From NCBI GenBank assembly GCA_963846495.1, contig CAWJWP010000016.1:213879-277878 (forward strand): a stretch of DNA of 64,000 bases, given 5' to 3'. This DNA is from Thermoanaerobaculia bacterium (lineage in GTDB: Bacteria; Acidobacteriota; Thermoanaerobaculia; Multivoradales; JAIOJS01). The position numbers and the translations under genes were made by a program. Below the pieces are notes generated by a model. It had not been told where the DNA came from. It saw only the letters and a program-made list of their open reading frames with translations, and made no database searches. Positions 21,955 to 31,515 of this stretch are shown piece by piece. Numbering within the stretch: position 1 is the stretch's first letter; each line of letters opens with the position of its first letter.

Positions 21955-23383
21955 ACCTCGGTCCGGTTTGTCAAGGGGTGGCGCGGCGAATGGGGCCGCG
22001 GCCGGCGCGGCCGTCCTGCTCGGGGTCCTGACGCTCGCCGGGTGCGCCACGCGCGGACCGCAACCGCCCCGGCGCGGCGAGCAGGTGCCGGTGCCGACGC
22101 CGACGCCAGTCGCGCCCGCTCCCACGCCGACGCCGACTCCGACCCCGCCGCCTCGCCTCGTGCTGGCGGACAGCTCGTGGCAGGAGTTGCCGGGCTGGGA
22201 CAAGGACTCCGCGGCTGCCGCGCTGCCCGCGCTCCAGCGCTCGTGCGAAGTGTGGCGCAACCGCGACGCCGCGACGACGCTCGGCGAGCAGGGCGTCGCA
22301 GGCACCGTCGCCGATTGGCTGCCGCTTTGCGATCGCGTCGCTGCGCTCGCGGCCGCGCCATCTACCACCACCGCCTCCACCGATGCCACCGCCGGAGCCG
22401 CCAGCACCGCGACCGCCACGACTACTGCCGCCGACAGAGATGGCGCCCTGCGCGCCGCCTTCGCCGACCTGCTGCGGCCAGTCGCTGTCTCCAACCGCGG
22501 CGACGTCGACGGTCTCTTCACCGGCTACTACGAGCCGACGCTGCGCGGCAGCCGCGTCGAGGGCGGCGAGTTCACCGTGCCGCTCTACGTGCGGCCGCCC
22601 GAGCTGGTGAGCGTCGAGCTCGGCCGCTTCCGTCCCGACCTGAAGGGCAAACGCATCGCCGGCCGCGTCGAGGACGGCGCCCTCGTGCCGTACCACGACC
22701 GCACCGCCATCGACGAAGGCGCGCTCGCGGGACGCGAGCTCGAGCTGGTTTGGGTGGACGATCCCGTCGACGCCTTCTTCCTCGAGATCCAGGGCTCCGG
22801 CCGCATCCAGCTCCCCGACGGCAGCGAGATGCGCGTCGGCTACGCCGGCCAGAACGGCTTCCCCTACTCCGCCATCGGCCGTGAGCTGATCAAGCGCGGC
22901 GCGCTGACCAAAGAGCAGATGTCGATGGACGCCATCCGCGATTGGCTGTCGGCGAACCTGAGTACCAACCCGGAGGAGGCGCGCGAGGTGATGCGGACGA
23001 ACGCGTCGTACATCTTCTTCCGCGAGATCCCCGGCGAGGGACCGGTGGGCTCGCTGGGCGTGGCGCTCACCCCCGAGCGCTCGCTTGCCGTCGACCCGCT
23101 CTTCGTCCCGCTCGGCGTGCCGGTGTGGATCGACACCACGTTGCCGGTCGGCGCCCCCGGCGGCCCACGTCCGTTGCAGCGCCTGCTCGTCGCCCAGGAC
23201 ACCGGCGGCGCCATCACCGGCCCGGTGCGCGGCGACGTCTTCTGGGGGCACGGCGAGGACGCCGCGAAGACGGCAGGCAGCATGCGCCAGCCCGGCCGCC
23301 TCTGGATCCTGCTGCCCAAGACCGTCGAGCTGCCGCCGGCGCTCACCACGCTCGAGGAGCCGCCCCCGGAGCCGTCAGGTTAG
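21923..23383 (+). CDS. mltA: Membrane-bound lytic murein transglycosylase A (MltA family) lipoprotein
   Basis: Lipobox LTLAGC, then MltA and 3D domains (…GYYEPTLRGSR…VPYHDRTAIDEGAL…FFLEIQGSGRI…). The start is uncertain: ATG 21923 overlaps the operator palindrome, and TTG 21968 is an alternative. The annotated 21824 extension is spurious. Confidence 0.8.
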   Translation: MLEKQHAEFLAPRSGLSRGGAANGAAAGAAVLLGVLTLAGCATRGPQPPRRGEQVPVPTPTPVAPAPTPTPTPTPPPRLVLADSSWQELPGWDKDSAAAALPALQRSCEVWRNRDAATTLGEQGVAGTVADWLPLCDRVAALAAAPSTTTASTDATAGAASTATATTTAADRDGALRAAFADLLRPVAVSNRGDVDGLFTGYYEPTLRGSRVEGGEFTVPLYVRPPELVSVELGRFRPDLKGKRIAGRVEDGALVPYHDRTAIDEGALAGRELELVWVDDPVDAFFLEIQGSGRIQLPDGSEMRVGYAGQNGFPYSAIGRELIKRGALTKEQMSMDAIRDWLSANLSTNPEEAREVMRTNASYIFFREIPGEGPVGSLGVALTPERSLAVDPLFVPLGVPVWIDTTLPVGAPGGPRPLQRLLVAQDTGGAITGPVRGDVFWGHGEDAAKTAGSMRQPGRLWILLPKTVELPPALTTLEEPPPEPSG

Positions 23384-23394
23384 GCTCGCGCACT

Positions 23395-23921
23395 GTGAGC
23401 GACGACGAAGCCGAAGTCCTCGGCGAAGGCCGCTTCCTGCGCCTGCTGCGCCGCCGCGGCTGGGAGCTCGTCGAGCGCAACGGCGTACACGGCATCGTCG
23501 TCCTCGTCGCGGTGACGCCCGAACGGCGAGCTGCTCCTCGTCGAGCAACACCGCGAGGCCATGCGCGGCACCGTCATCGAGCTCCCCGCCGGCCTCGCCG
23601 GCGACGAAGCCGACAACGCCGGCGAATCGCTGGAGCAAGCGGCAACCCGCGAGCTGCGCGAAGAGACCGGCTGGGAGGCGACGTCATGGGAGCGCCTCTC
23701 CGCCGGCCCGCCGAGCGCCGGCCTCTCGACCGAGGTCGTGACCCTCATGCGTGCGCGCGGCTTGGAGCGGCGCGGCAACGGCGGCGGCGCGGGCGACGAG
23801 CGCATCACCGTTCACGCGATGCCGCTTCGCCGACGCACCCGACTGGCTCCGCGACCGCGAAGCCGCCGGCGCCCTCGTCGACCCCAAAGTCTGGGCCGGC
23901 CTCTGGTTCGCGACGCGCTGA
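23395..23921 (+). CDS. NUDIX hydrolase (ADP-ribose pyrophosphatase-like), disrupted by two +1 frame changes
   Basis: The Nudix box is ELPAGLAGDEADNAGESLEQAATRELREETGWEA. Frame 1 gives VSDDEAEVLGEGRFLRL...VTPE, frame 2 gives GELLLVEQHREAMRGTVIELPAG..., and frame 0 gives FADAPDWLRDREAAGALVDPKVWAGLWFATR* with stop at 23919-21. Confidence 0.7.
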
Positions 23922-23927
23922 GCGACG

Positions 23928-24164
23928 CTACTCGGCGTCGGCCTCGCGCAGCCGCTCCAGCGCGAAGCGCTCGCGCTCGACCTCGGCCTCTTCGATCGTG
24001 CGATAGCAGAGGACGCCGCGCTGCGCGGTGCGGATACGACGGCGCGTCCCTTCCGCGAGCTGAAGGAGCGCGAGCGCGGAGCCGAGCGAGCTCTCCGGCG
24101 ACCATGGGAGCCGATCCAGGTGCCCTTCCGCCTCTGCGACCGAGCGAAACTTCCAGAGCGGCAT
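23928..24164 (-). CDS. Hypothetical small protein (78 aa), co-oriented with and adjoining the upstream NTase-fold gene
   Basis: An open reading frame with no recognisable motifs. Its start abuts the stop of the NTase-fold gene. Confidence 0.35.
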   Translation of the reverse strand: MPLWKFRSVAEAEGHLDRLPWSPESSLGSALALLQLAEGTRRRIRTAQRGVLCYRTIEEAEVERERFALERLREADAE

Positions 24165-24631
24165 CAGACGTCCTCGATCCCGTGACGTTCGCGCAGACGC
24201 ACCACGTCCGACCGATCCTTGTCGCGCGACGAGTCGCGCTTCATCCGAACGAGCATACGCGCGGTTGCGACAGGGACGAGCTCGCCGTGGAGGTCAATCG
24301 ACGAGGCCTCGAGATCGCCGTAGCCGAAGGCCTCGCCGATGCGCGTCGTGAGGTCGATGACGAAGTCATGGTTGGGCGGGCCGTAGCGCACTAAGCCGTA
24401 CTCCGCCATCGTCGCCGCCGTGAGCTCGTCGAGAGCAGGATCGCTAAAGACGCTTTGAAGGGCGCGGCGCGCCGCTTCGACGTTGTCGGCGGCGGGATCG
24501 AGGAACAGGTCCAGGTCCTGAGTCGCGCGAGTGACGCCGCGCGCGATGACGGCAATGCCGCCGAACACCACGTAGCGAACACCTTCGGCGTTGAGGGAGC
24601 GGAAGATCGAGGTGAGGATCTCCGCATCCAT
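24164..24631 (-). CDS. Nucleotidyltransferase-fold protein (Pol-beta superfamily-like)
   Basis: The motif YVVFGGIAVIARGVTRATQDLDLFLDP has the G[GS]-x9-13-DxD signature. The start is taken as ATG 24631. The longer 318-aa ORF has an Arg-rich N-terminal extension that looks like artefact. Confidence 0.5.
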   Translation of the reverse strand: MDAEILTSIFRSLNAEGVRYVVFGGIAVIARGVTRATQDLDLFLDPAADNVEAARRALQSVFSDPALDELTAATMAEYGLVRYGPPNHDFVIDLTTRIGEAFGYGDLEASSIDLHGELVPVATARMLVRMKRDSSRDKDRSDVVRLRERHGIEDV

Positions 24632-24672
24632 CGGCTGGAGCACGCGGCGATCATAAGCCCACCGCCGGGCCG

Positions 24673-25431
24673 CTACGGCTTCGTCGCCGTCTGCCAGGCG
24701 GGGGCTTCGTCGGCGAAGAAGACGCGCACGTCGTAGCGGTCGGCGTCGGGGTAGCTGCGCAGGAGCCAGTCCTTGACGAACTGCGCGACCTGGGCGCGCG
24801 AGGTCTCGCGCACGAGCGGCAGGTTGGACGTCGCCTGGATCGCCGTGCGGCCGGTGATCTCGCGGCGCAGCTGCGCTTGCACGGACGCTTCGTCGCGCAG
24901 CAAGCTGCCCTGCACGACGCGCCAGCGCAGGCGCGAGACGTCGACCGCCGGCTTGTTGAAGCGCAGCGGCGGCGCCATGACGATCACGCTGCCGCTGCCC
25001 GGCGCTTCGGCGTGCTCGCGCAGGTCGAGGCGCCACGTCCCGCGCAGGTCGACGAAGTAGGTGTAGTCGACCGGCGCCGTCGCGCGCACGATGACCGGCG
25101 GCAGCTCCACCGTGCCCCACAGCACGGCGGTGCGGTCCTCGAGCTCGAAGGTCTGCACTTGCTTGAGGGTCGCCACCTGCAGGTACGTCGTGCCTTGCAA
25201 GCTCGTCGTGTAGGCGGCGAAGCGCCGCTGCACGGTGCCGGTCTTGAAGCCGCGCGCGAGGTCGACGACCTCTTTCACCAGGGCCCGCCCTTGCGACGCG
25301 GCGGCGCCGGGCAGCGCCTTCAGCGCCCGCGTGGCGTACCAGGCGCCGACGGCCATGACGACGATGAGCACCGCCACCAGGGCGGCGAGCCAGGCGACGG
25401 GGTTGCGGTGGAGCGGGCGTTCGGCGGCCAT
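24673..25431 (-). CDS. DUF4230-like membrane-anchored protein
   Basis: N-terminal TM segment (VAWLAALVAVLIVVMAVGAWY) and general similarity to DUF4230 proteins. The start is uncertain (ATG 25431 or GTG 25500). Confidence 0.5.
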   Translation of the reverse strand: MAAERPLHRNPVAWLAALVAVLIVVMAVGAWYATRALKALPGAAASQGRALVKEVVDLARGFKTGTVQRRFAAYTTSLQGTTYLQVATLKQVQTFELEDRTAVLWGTVELPPVIVRATAPVDYTYFVDLRGTWRLDLREHAEAPGSGSVIVMAPPLRFNKPAVDVSRLRWRVVQGSLLRDEASVQAQLRREITGRTAIQATSNLPLVRETSRAQVAQFVKDWLLRSYPDADRYDVRVFFADEAPAWQTATKP

Positions 25432-25468
25432 GGTCGCGCGGCCCCGGCGCGTCGCCGGGCTGCCGCCA

Positions 25469-26145
25469 TTATCGGACAACGGTGAAGAGCGACGCCGCAC
25501 CGCGCACGATCCACCAGAGGCCGACGAGGCGGAGCACCCAGAGCAGGTTGCGGATGCCGAGCAGGAAGAAGTTGTGGGCAGGGAACGGCACCCGGACCGG
25601 CACCGCCGGCTTGGCCGTCAGGTAGCCGAAGGCGACGACGTTGACGGTGATCCCCACCGCGAGCTGGAAGAGCGCCACCGCCGGATCGAGCCAGCGCGCC
25701 TCGCCGAGCGCCGCCGCGAGCAGCGCGGCGAGGAGGAGCAGCAGCGGGACGAAGATGCCGGCGCGCAGCGGCAGCCGCGCACGAGCCAGGAACGCAACGA
25801 AGCGCGCCGCCGCGTCGCGATGCCGCGCGCACGTCACCGCGACCAGCTCGCGGTCTCCACCCACGAGCAGCGGCAGCGGCTCGGCATGCGGCCGCGGCTG
25901 GCCGTTGCACCATAGGCACTTCCGCTCCCGCACCGCCTCCATGTACGGCCGCGCCAGGAAGCGGTGGCCGAGCATCAGCGCCACGCCCGCGGCGAGGCTC
26001 GCGCCCACCGGCGCGGGGTGACGCACGAAGAGGTAGAGCACGACCGGGATGAAGAGGAAGAGCGCGACGCCGAGGAGCTGCCAGCCCCACCCCCGCGGGC
26101 CAAGCCCGCTGCCGCCCCCCACCCAACCCCCTCCCCTCGGTTTCA
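25469..26145 (-). CDS. Hypothetical integral membrane protein with CxxC...CxxxH motif
   Basis: TM helices plus KCLWCNGQPRPHAE...VTCARHRD. The ORF track fuses it to the upstream ALDH gene by read-through. The start is uncertain: a GTG near 26145 lies in a G-run region. Confidence 0.4.
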
Positions 26146-26164
26146 CTTCACCCCTATCCCCCCG

Positions 26165-26190
26165 TCCCCCTGCCCCTCCAGGGGCAGGGG
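26165..26190. repeat. Perfect 12-bp GC hairpin CCCCCTGCCCCT-cc-AGGGGCAGGGGG inside a C-rich tract (26101..26200)
   Basis: Exact inverted repeat seen in the sequence, in the spacer between the ALDH stop and the downstream membrane gene. The minus strand is G-run rich. No U-tract follows. Confidence 0.7.
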
Positions 26191-26229
26191 GAGCCACCGC
26201 CCTTTCCGGCGCTGTCGGCACTTCGCTCG

Positions 26230-27973
26230 TCACCCTTGCAGGGCGAGGGCGAAGATGCCGGGCAGCTTCCACGGCGCCCGCTCGGCCTCGAAGTAGGTCA
26301 GCTTGCGCAGCAGCTGGTGGCTCGTGCGATGGAGCACGAACCAGGGCGGCTTCGGCCGCGGGCGGAAGGGCGCCCGCACGACGCCCTTCTCGACCTCGCT
26401 GAACATGAACGTGTTGTGCACCAGGCCCGTTCCCGATTGGATGTCCTGCGGCGTGTGGCCCGGGTAGGCGCCCCACGGCGTCACCACCAGGCCGTAGCCG
26501 ATCGCCGCCCAGTGGTTGACCGACACCGTGCCGTAGCGCAGGTCGGCGATCGCCCTGCTCGACGGCCGCGGCGAGCGCCGGATCGTCTTCCACCTGCGGG
26601 TGCACGAGCATGGTGACGTTGAGAGTCCCCCACGCCTTCTCGTTGCAGAAGTCGACCGCCTTCTTCACGAAATCGACGGCGCTCGACGCGGGGATCGGCA
26701 CCTCGCCCATGAAGCTGCAGAACGCCTCCGTGGTGAAGGCGATGTCGTCGCTCGCCTCGGGATCGAGCTCGCGCGCGATCGCCCACGGCAGCTCCCCCTC
26801 CCCCGGCGTGCCGATCTGCTCCGCGTCCGGGTGCGCGGCGAGGAACGAGGCGTAGCGGTCCGCCGCGCCCGGGTAGTAGGCGCGCCGCGGCGGCACTTGC
26901 CGCAGCACGTCGGCGATGGCGGCGAGGAACGCCTGCCGCTGGCTCCAACCGCGGTGCACCACGATCAGGCGCGTGGCGTTGCAGTTGAACCCCGCATTGT
27001 TGGCGATCATGGTGGCGACGTTCTCCGCCTGGAACGCAATGTCGGCGTCGCTCCAGCTGCCGGGGACGACGATCACCGGGCTGACGTTGCCGAGCTCGGA
27101 GCTCACCGGCTTGTGCAGCCGCGGCCGCCCCTCGGCCTTGCGGCGCGTCCCCTCGGGTCCGCCGCCGAAGACGATCGCGTCGTAGGTCTTGTCGGAGCCG
27201 GTGATGTGGATCGAGTCCACCAGCGCGTGCTCGCAGAGGTAGGCGCCCTCCTCGACGCCGCCGTAGACGACGCGCAGGAAGCCCGCCTCGACGAGCGGCC
27301 GCAGCCCGCGCTCGAGCAGCGGCCCCAGGTAGTCGTTGACGCGGTGGGTCTTGAACACCACCACCTCGTTGTCGACGAACAGCTTGTAGAGCGCGTCCAT
27401 CGGCCCGATCGACGACACGTTGCCGGCCGAGAGCACCAGCGCCACCTTGCCGCGCGGCAGCTCCTCCTTGTAGGCGACCGCCTGGTGTGCGGCGAGGTTC
27501 GCGGGCGTCACTCCCGGTTGCATCCACGCCTCGGCGGTGACGCCGGGATAGAACAGGCGGTCGTAGAGGTCGGCGGGGAAGACCTGCGCCGCGGCGCGTC
27601 CGTCGGGCAGTGCGCGCACCGGCCCGGGGATGCGCGGCGTGCCGTGCAACGAGATGCTGGTGAGCGACTCCTGCAGCAGACGCAGGTTGCGCAGCACGAA
27701 GTAGGGGCCGGCGATCCACTCCTCGGCGCCGCGCGGCGAGTCGCCGGGGATCCCCTCGGCGCGCTGGCAGGCCGCCACCCACTCGTCGGCGACGGCCGCG
27801 AAGCTCTTGCGCAGGCGGCGCAGGAGGTCGATCTTCTCGAGCAGCGGCAGCGACGCCCACGCCACCTTGCGCGAGCGCAGGGTGTCGAGGGCGGCGTCGA
27901 TCGCCTGCCGCGAGCTCGCGGGGATGGCGCTCTTCGGTTCGGGGGCGCGCAGGGCGCCGAGGGCGACGGCCAC
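26230..27973 (-). CDS. Aldehyde dehydrogenase family protein, with a +1 frame change near 26553
   Basis: GTG 27973 is preceded by GGAGG. ALDH motifs ELGNVSPVIV and NAGFNCNATR (catalytic Cys) are present. The C-terminal ~100 aa continue in another frame (…AAVEQ/AIADLRYGTVSVNHWAAIGYGLV…, ORF 26230..26526), consistent with an extra G in CAGGG. Confidence 0.75.
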
Positions 27974-28049
27974 GGGAAGCCTCCTCGCTCGGCGGCGTTG
28001 GTGCCGCCGAGCGAGGATGATAACGCCGCAGCGCGGCGAGGGCCGCGAC

Positions 28050-29549
28050 CTACCGCCGCGCCCGGTAGTTGATCACCAGCTCGTCGTCGCTCTGCGGCGC
28101 GATGGCGCGCAGCGACACCACCTGGCCGGGCTTGACGGTCTCGGCGACGCGCTCGACGTCGTCCACGTCCTTCACCGGCTCGCCGTTGATCTCGAGGAGC
28201 AACATGCCGGGCCGCACGCCGCCGGCGGCGGCGCCGCTCAGCCGCGAGACGTCGGAGATGACGACGCCGCTCGTGCGCTGGAGGTCGAGCTCGCGCGCCG
28301 TCTCCGCGGTGAGCGGCTCGACGCGGAAGCCCAGCGCCTCCTCGACGGCGCGGCGGGTCTCCGGCTTGCTGCTCCGCTGCTCGGCGATCTCGAACTCGCC
28401 CAGCGTCACGTCGACGTCCTGCTTGCGCCCGCCGCGATAGATGCTGAGCGTCACCTTCTCGCCGGGCTGGTGCTGGGCCAGCTTGGTGGTGAGGTCGGTG
28501 CCGTCCTTGATCGCCTCGCCGTCGACGGCCACCACCACGTCGCCGAGGCGGAGGCCGGCCTTCTCCGCCGGCGAGCCCTTCTGCACCACCACCACCTCGG
28601 CGCCGGCGATCGACGGCAGCTTGTAGACCTCGGCGTCGGCCTCGCTGACGCTCTGGATCTGTACCCCCATCTGCGGCCGGCGCACGTGGCCGTACTGGAG
28701 GATGTCGGCCACCGTCTTCCTGGCGATGTTGACCGGGATGGCGAAGCCGTAGCCGACGAAGCGGTCGCTACCGTAGATGGCGGTGTTCATGCCCACCACT
28801 CTGCCGTCGAGGTCGACCAGCGGGCCGCCGGAGTTGCCGGGGTTGATCGCCGCGTCGGTCTGGATGAAGGCCTCGAGGTTGCTCGGGTTACCGGTGAGCT
28901 GCCGCCCCTTGGCGCTGACGATGCCGGCGGTGACGGTGAACTGCAGCTCGAGCGGCGAGCCGAGCGCCAGCACCCAGTCGCCCACCTGCAGGTTGTCGGA
29001 GTTGCCGAGCTCGGCGGTCGGCAGCTGCTCGCCGTTGCGCGGCTCGATCTTCACCACCGCGACGTCGGTCATCTCATCGCTGCCCACCACCTTGGCGGAG
29101 TACTCCCGGCCGTCGACGAAGCGCACCAGCACCTCCTCGGCGTCGGCGACCACATGGCGGTTGGTGATGACGTGGCCGGCGCGGTCGAAGATGAAGCCCG
29201 AGCCGGCGCCACCGACGCGCGGCGCCTCGCCATCCTCGCCGCCGGGCGGGAGGCCGAAGAAGCGGCGGAACTGCTCGGGGATCTGCTGCTGCTCCGCCGC
29301 CGACACCTTCTTCTCCACCTGGATGAAGACGACGGCCGGCAGCGTGTGGCTGGCGGCGCTGCGGAAGGCGGCCGAGAGCGCCTGCGCCTGCCCCTGCTGG
29401 GCGGGCGTGGCGGTGTCGCGGATCTGCTCGCGGATGGCGGGCGGCGGCTCGTTGCCGCGCTGGGCGTGGGCGACGTCGCGCTCCCCACCGCAGGCGGCGA
29501 GCACCACGAAGGCGATGGCGAGGACTTTTTTCCCGAGGTTCCGAGGCAT
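28050..29549 (-). CDS. degP: DegP/HtrA family periplasmic serine protease (trypsin domain plus two PDZ domains)
   Basis: ATG 29549 is preceded by GGGAGA. A signal/lipobox-like N-terminus is followed by the catalytic triad context (HVITNRHVV…D…GNSGGPL) and two PDZ domains. Confidence 0.9.
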   Translation of the reverse strand: MPRNLGKKVLAIAFVVLAACGGERDVAHAQRGNEPPPAIREQIRDTATPAQQGQAQALSAAFRSAASHTLPAVVFIQVEKKVSAAEQQQIPEQFRRFFGLPPGGEDGEAPRVGGAGSGFIFDRAGHVITNRHVVADAEEVLVRFVDGREYSAKVVGSDEMTDVAVVKIEPRNGEQLPTAELGNSDNLQVGDWVLALGSPLELQFTVTAGIVSAKGRQLTGNPSNLEAFIQTDAAINPGNSGGPLVDLDGRVVGMNTAIYGSDRFVGYGFAIPVNIARKTVADILQYGHVRRPQMGVQIQSVSEADAEVYKLPSIAGAEVVVVQKGSPAEKAGLRLGDVVVAVDGEAIKDGTDLTTKLAQHQPGEKVTLSIYRGGRKQDVDVTLGEFEIAEQRSSKPETRRAVEEALGFRVEPLTAETARELDLQRTSGVVISDVSRLSGAAAGGVRPGMLLLEINGEPVKDVDDVERVAETVKPGQVVSLRAIAPQSDDELVINYRARR

Positions 29550-29800
29550 GCGTATCTCCCTGGTCGCTAGGTGGGTCAAGTGCATGGCGGAGCCGACTCT
29601 GAGCAAGAGCCGGACCAGAGCCGAGCTGCTGCCGTAAAGGTGGGTGACGCTGTGGCTTAGGCCGCTATTTCGGAGCGTCGCAGGCGAGCGTTGTGTCATT
29701 CTGGCGCGCCGGCGATACCCGCCGACGGGTGCGGGAGACGCGGCGGCGTCGGTGCAATCGAGGTGCCGTTGGACGGTGTCGTCGCCGACGCGGTGTTGCG

Positions 29801-31490
29801 CTAACGGGGAGCAGCGACGAGGACGATGGCGAGTGGAGAACCGTCGGCGTGGCGCAGCTCGGTGCGTTGCGAGATGCGAAAGCGGCGGGCCGCCTCGGGC
29901 TCTTGATCGGGAGGGAGGACGAGCAGCGTCGGTGCGGCGAGTCGCTCCGGTAGCGCGGGGAGGAGGTCGATATCGCGGGCGCGGCGTGACGGGTCGGCGG
30001 CAAGCTGCACGGCGGCGAGCTCGTCGATCGGACGGAAGAAGTTGGTGCGATTGGCGTTGGCGTAGCGATAGCCGACGGGCAGTGGCGGCGGCAGTAGAGC
30101 GCCGGGGAGGAGGATCACTGACCGGCCGTCGCTGTGCTCGGCGAGCCATAGGCCCAGGCGTGTCGCCGCGGTGCCGTAGACGCGCTGGGTGCCCGGCTCA
30201 CGGGGGCCGGCGACGAAAAGCACCCAGGCGTTGATCGCTACGATGCCGAGCAGCGCTGCGGCCGCGAGCGCCACCCGTACAGGTGCAGCGAGCCGTGCGC
30301 GCGTCGCGTTCCAGAGCGCGATACCGCCGATGGCGGCGACGAGGCAGGCCCACGGCGCGAGGCTGAGGACGCGGTACGGATACGGCGGGCCTTCGCCCGA
30401 GGCGGAGAGGATGCCGCCGAGAGCCAAGATCGCGGGCCAGGAGACGAGAAGTCGGACGCGGAATCGGTCGAGCTTTCGCCAACCGAGCGCCAGCACGACG
30501 AGGCCGGCGAGAAGGAGGACGCCGGTGAGCGGATCGAGCATCGGGAAACCGGGCAGCGCATCGCGCGCGTAGCTGCCGCCGCGGACGTTGAACATCAGAA
30601 GGTGGCCGACGACGTTGCGGCCGAGGGTTCTCCACGGCTCTCCCGAACCATCCAGCGCGAACACGGAGAGCTGTGCCGCTCGCACCGACGAAAGACCTGG
30701 CGAGCCGCCGAGGCGGACGAACAGCGGTGCCGCCACGACAAAGGCGACGACAACGAAGCCGAGCAGCCGACGCGTGGCTGCCTTGCGATCTCGGGACGCG
30801 AGCGCTTCCCACGTCAACCACAGCAACGCGTGGATCATCGCCAGCTGCGCGGCGACGTAGGTGTAGAGCGAGAGCGCCCAGCAGCACGCCGGCCGCGAGC
30901 GCTGGGGCGATGCGCTCTCGACGTTGCGCGTGGACGAGCAGCGCGAGCGCGGCGAGCTGGAGCGCGACCATGAGCACGGCGTCCCATCCCGTGCGGCCGG
31001 TCCGCGCGGCCCAGTGCGAGCACGCAAAGAGAAACGCGGCGAGGAGCGCGGTGCGGCGATCCGCGAGCTGCCGCGCGAGCCAGAAGAGAAACAGAACAGC
31101 GGCGAGGCTCGGCAGCACGGAGACGAGACGGATGCCGAGAAGTCCGTCGCCGCCGAGGGCGAGGACCGCGGAGGCGAAGGCGAGGTAGAGGTTCGAGGTC
31201 TCTACCCAGCCCGGCATGAGGAGCGGGCGCGAGCCGAGCAGGCCGGCGTCCGGATCGACACGCCAGGCGAGCGCGTTGCGAGCCGTGAGCACCTCGTCGA
31301 CGTAGAGGCCCGGCGGCACGCTCTCCAAGCGCCAGCAACGGAAGGCGACGGCGAACAGTGCGACACCGATCGCGGCTGCGACGAGCGCGACAACCCGCCG
31401 CCGCGTCGGTGCCGAAGCCGGTTCCGTCGCACGCCGGCCGTTGGCAACCGCAGTCGGCGCAGCATCCGTCACCTCCGTCATCTCGCGCAT
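29801..31490 (-). CDS. ArnT/PMT-like family 39/83 glycosyltransferase (polyprenyl-phosphate-sugar dependent), with a frame change near 30870-30900
   Basis: The N-terminal part (31490..~30890) carries GLYVDEV and multi-TM sequence. The C-terminal part continues in another frame (29801..31027 ORF: SLYTYVAAQLAMIHALLWL…). Together they form one ~560-aa GT-C fold enzyme. Confidence 0.65.
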
Positions 31491-31515
31491 CCGGCCGCCG
31501 CGGGCGCTGTGTTCA

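Noticed and set aside
24632-25120. N-terminal 160 residues of the 318-aa ORF containing the NTase-fold domain
   Set aside because: Arg/Ala-rich with no structure-like sequence. The conserved domain begins at MDAEILTS… (24631).
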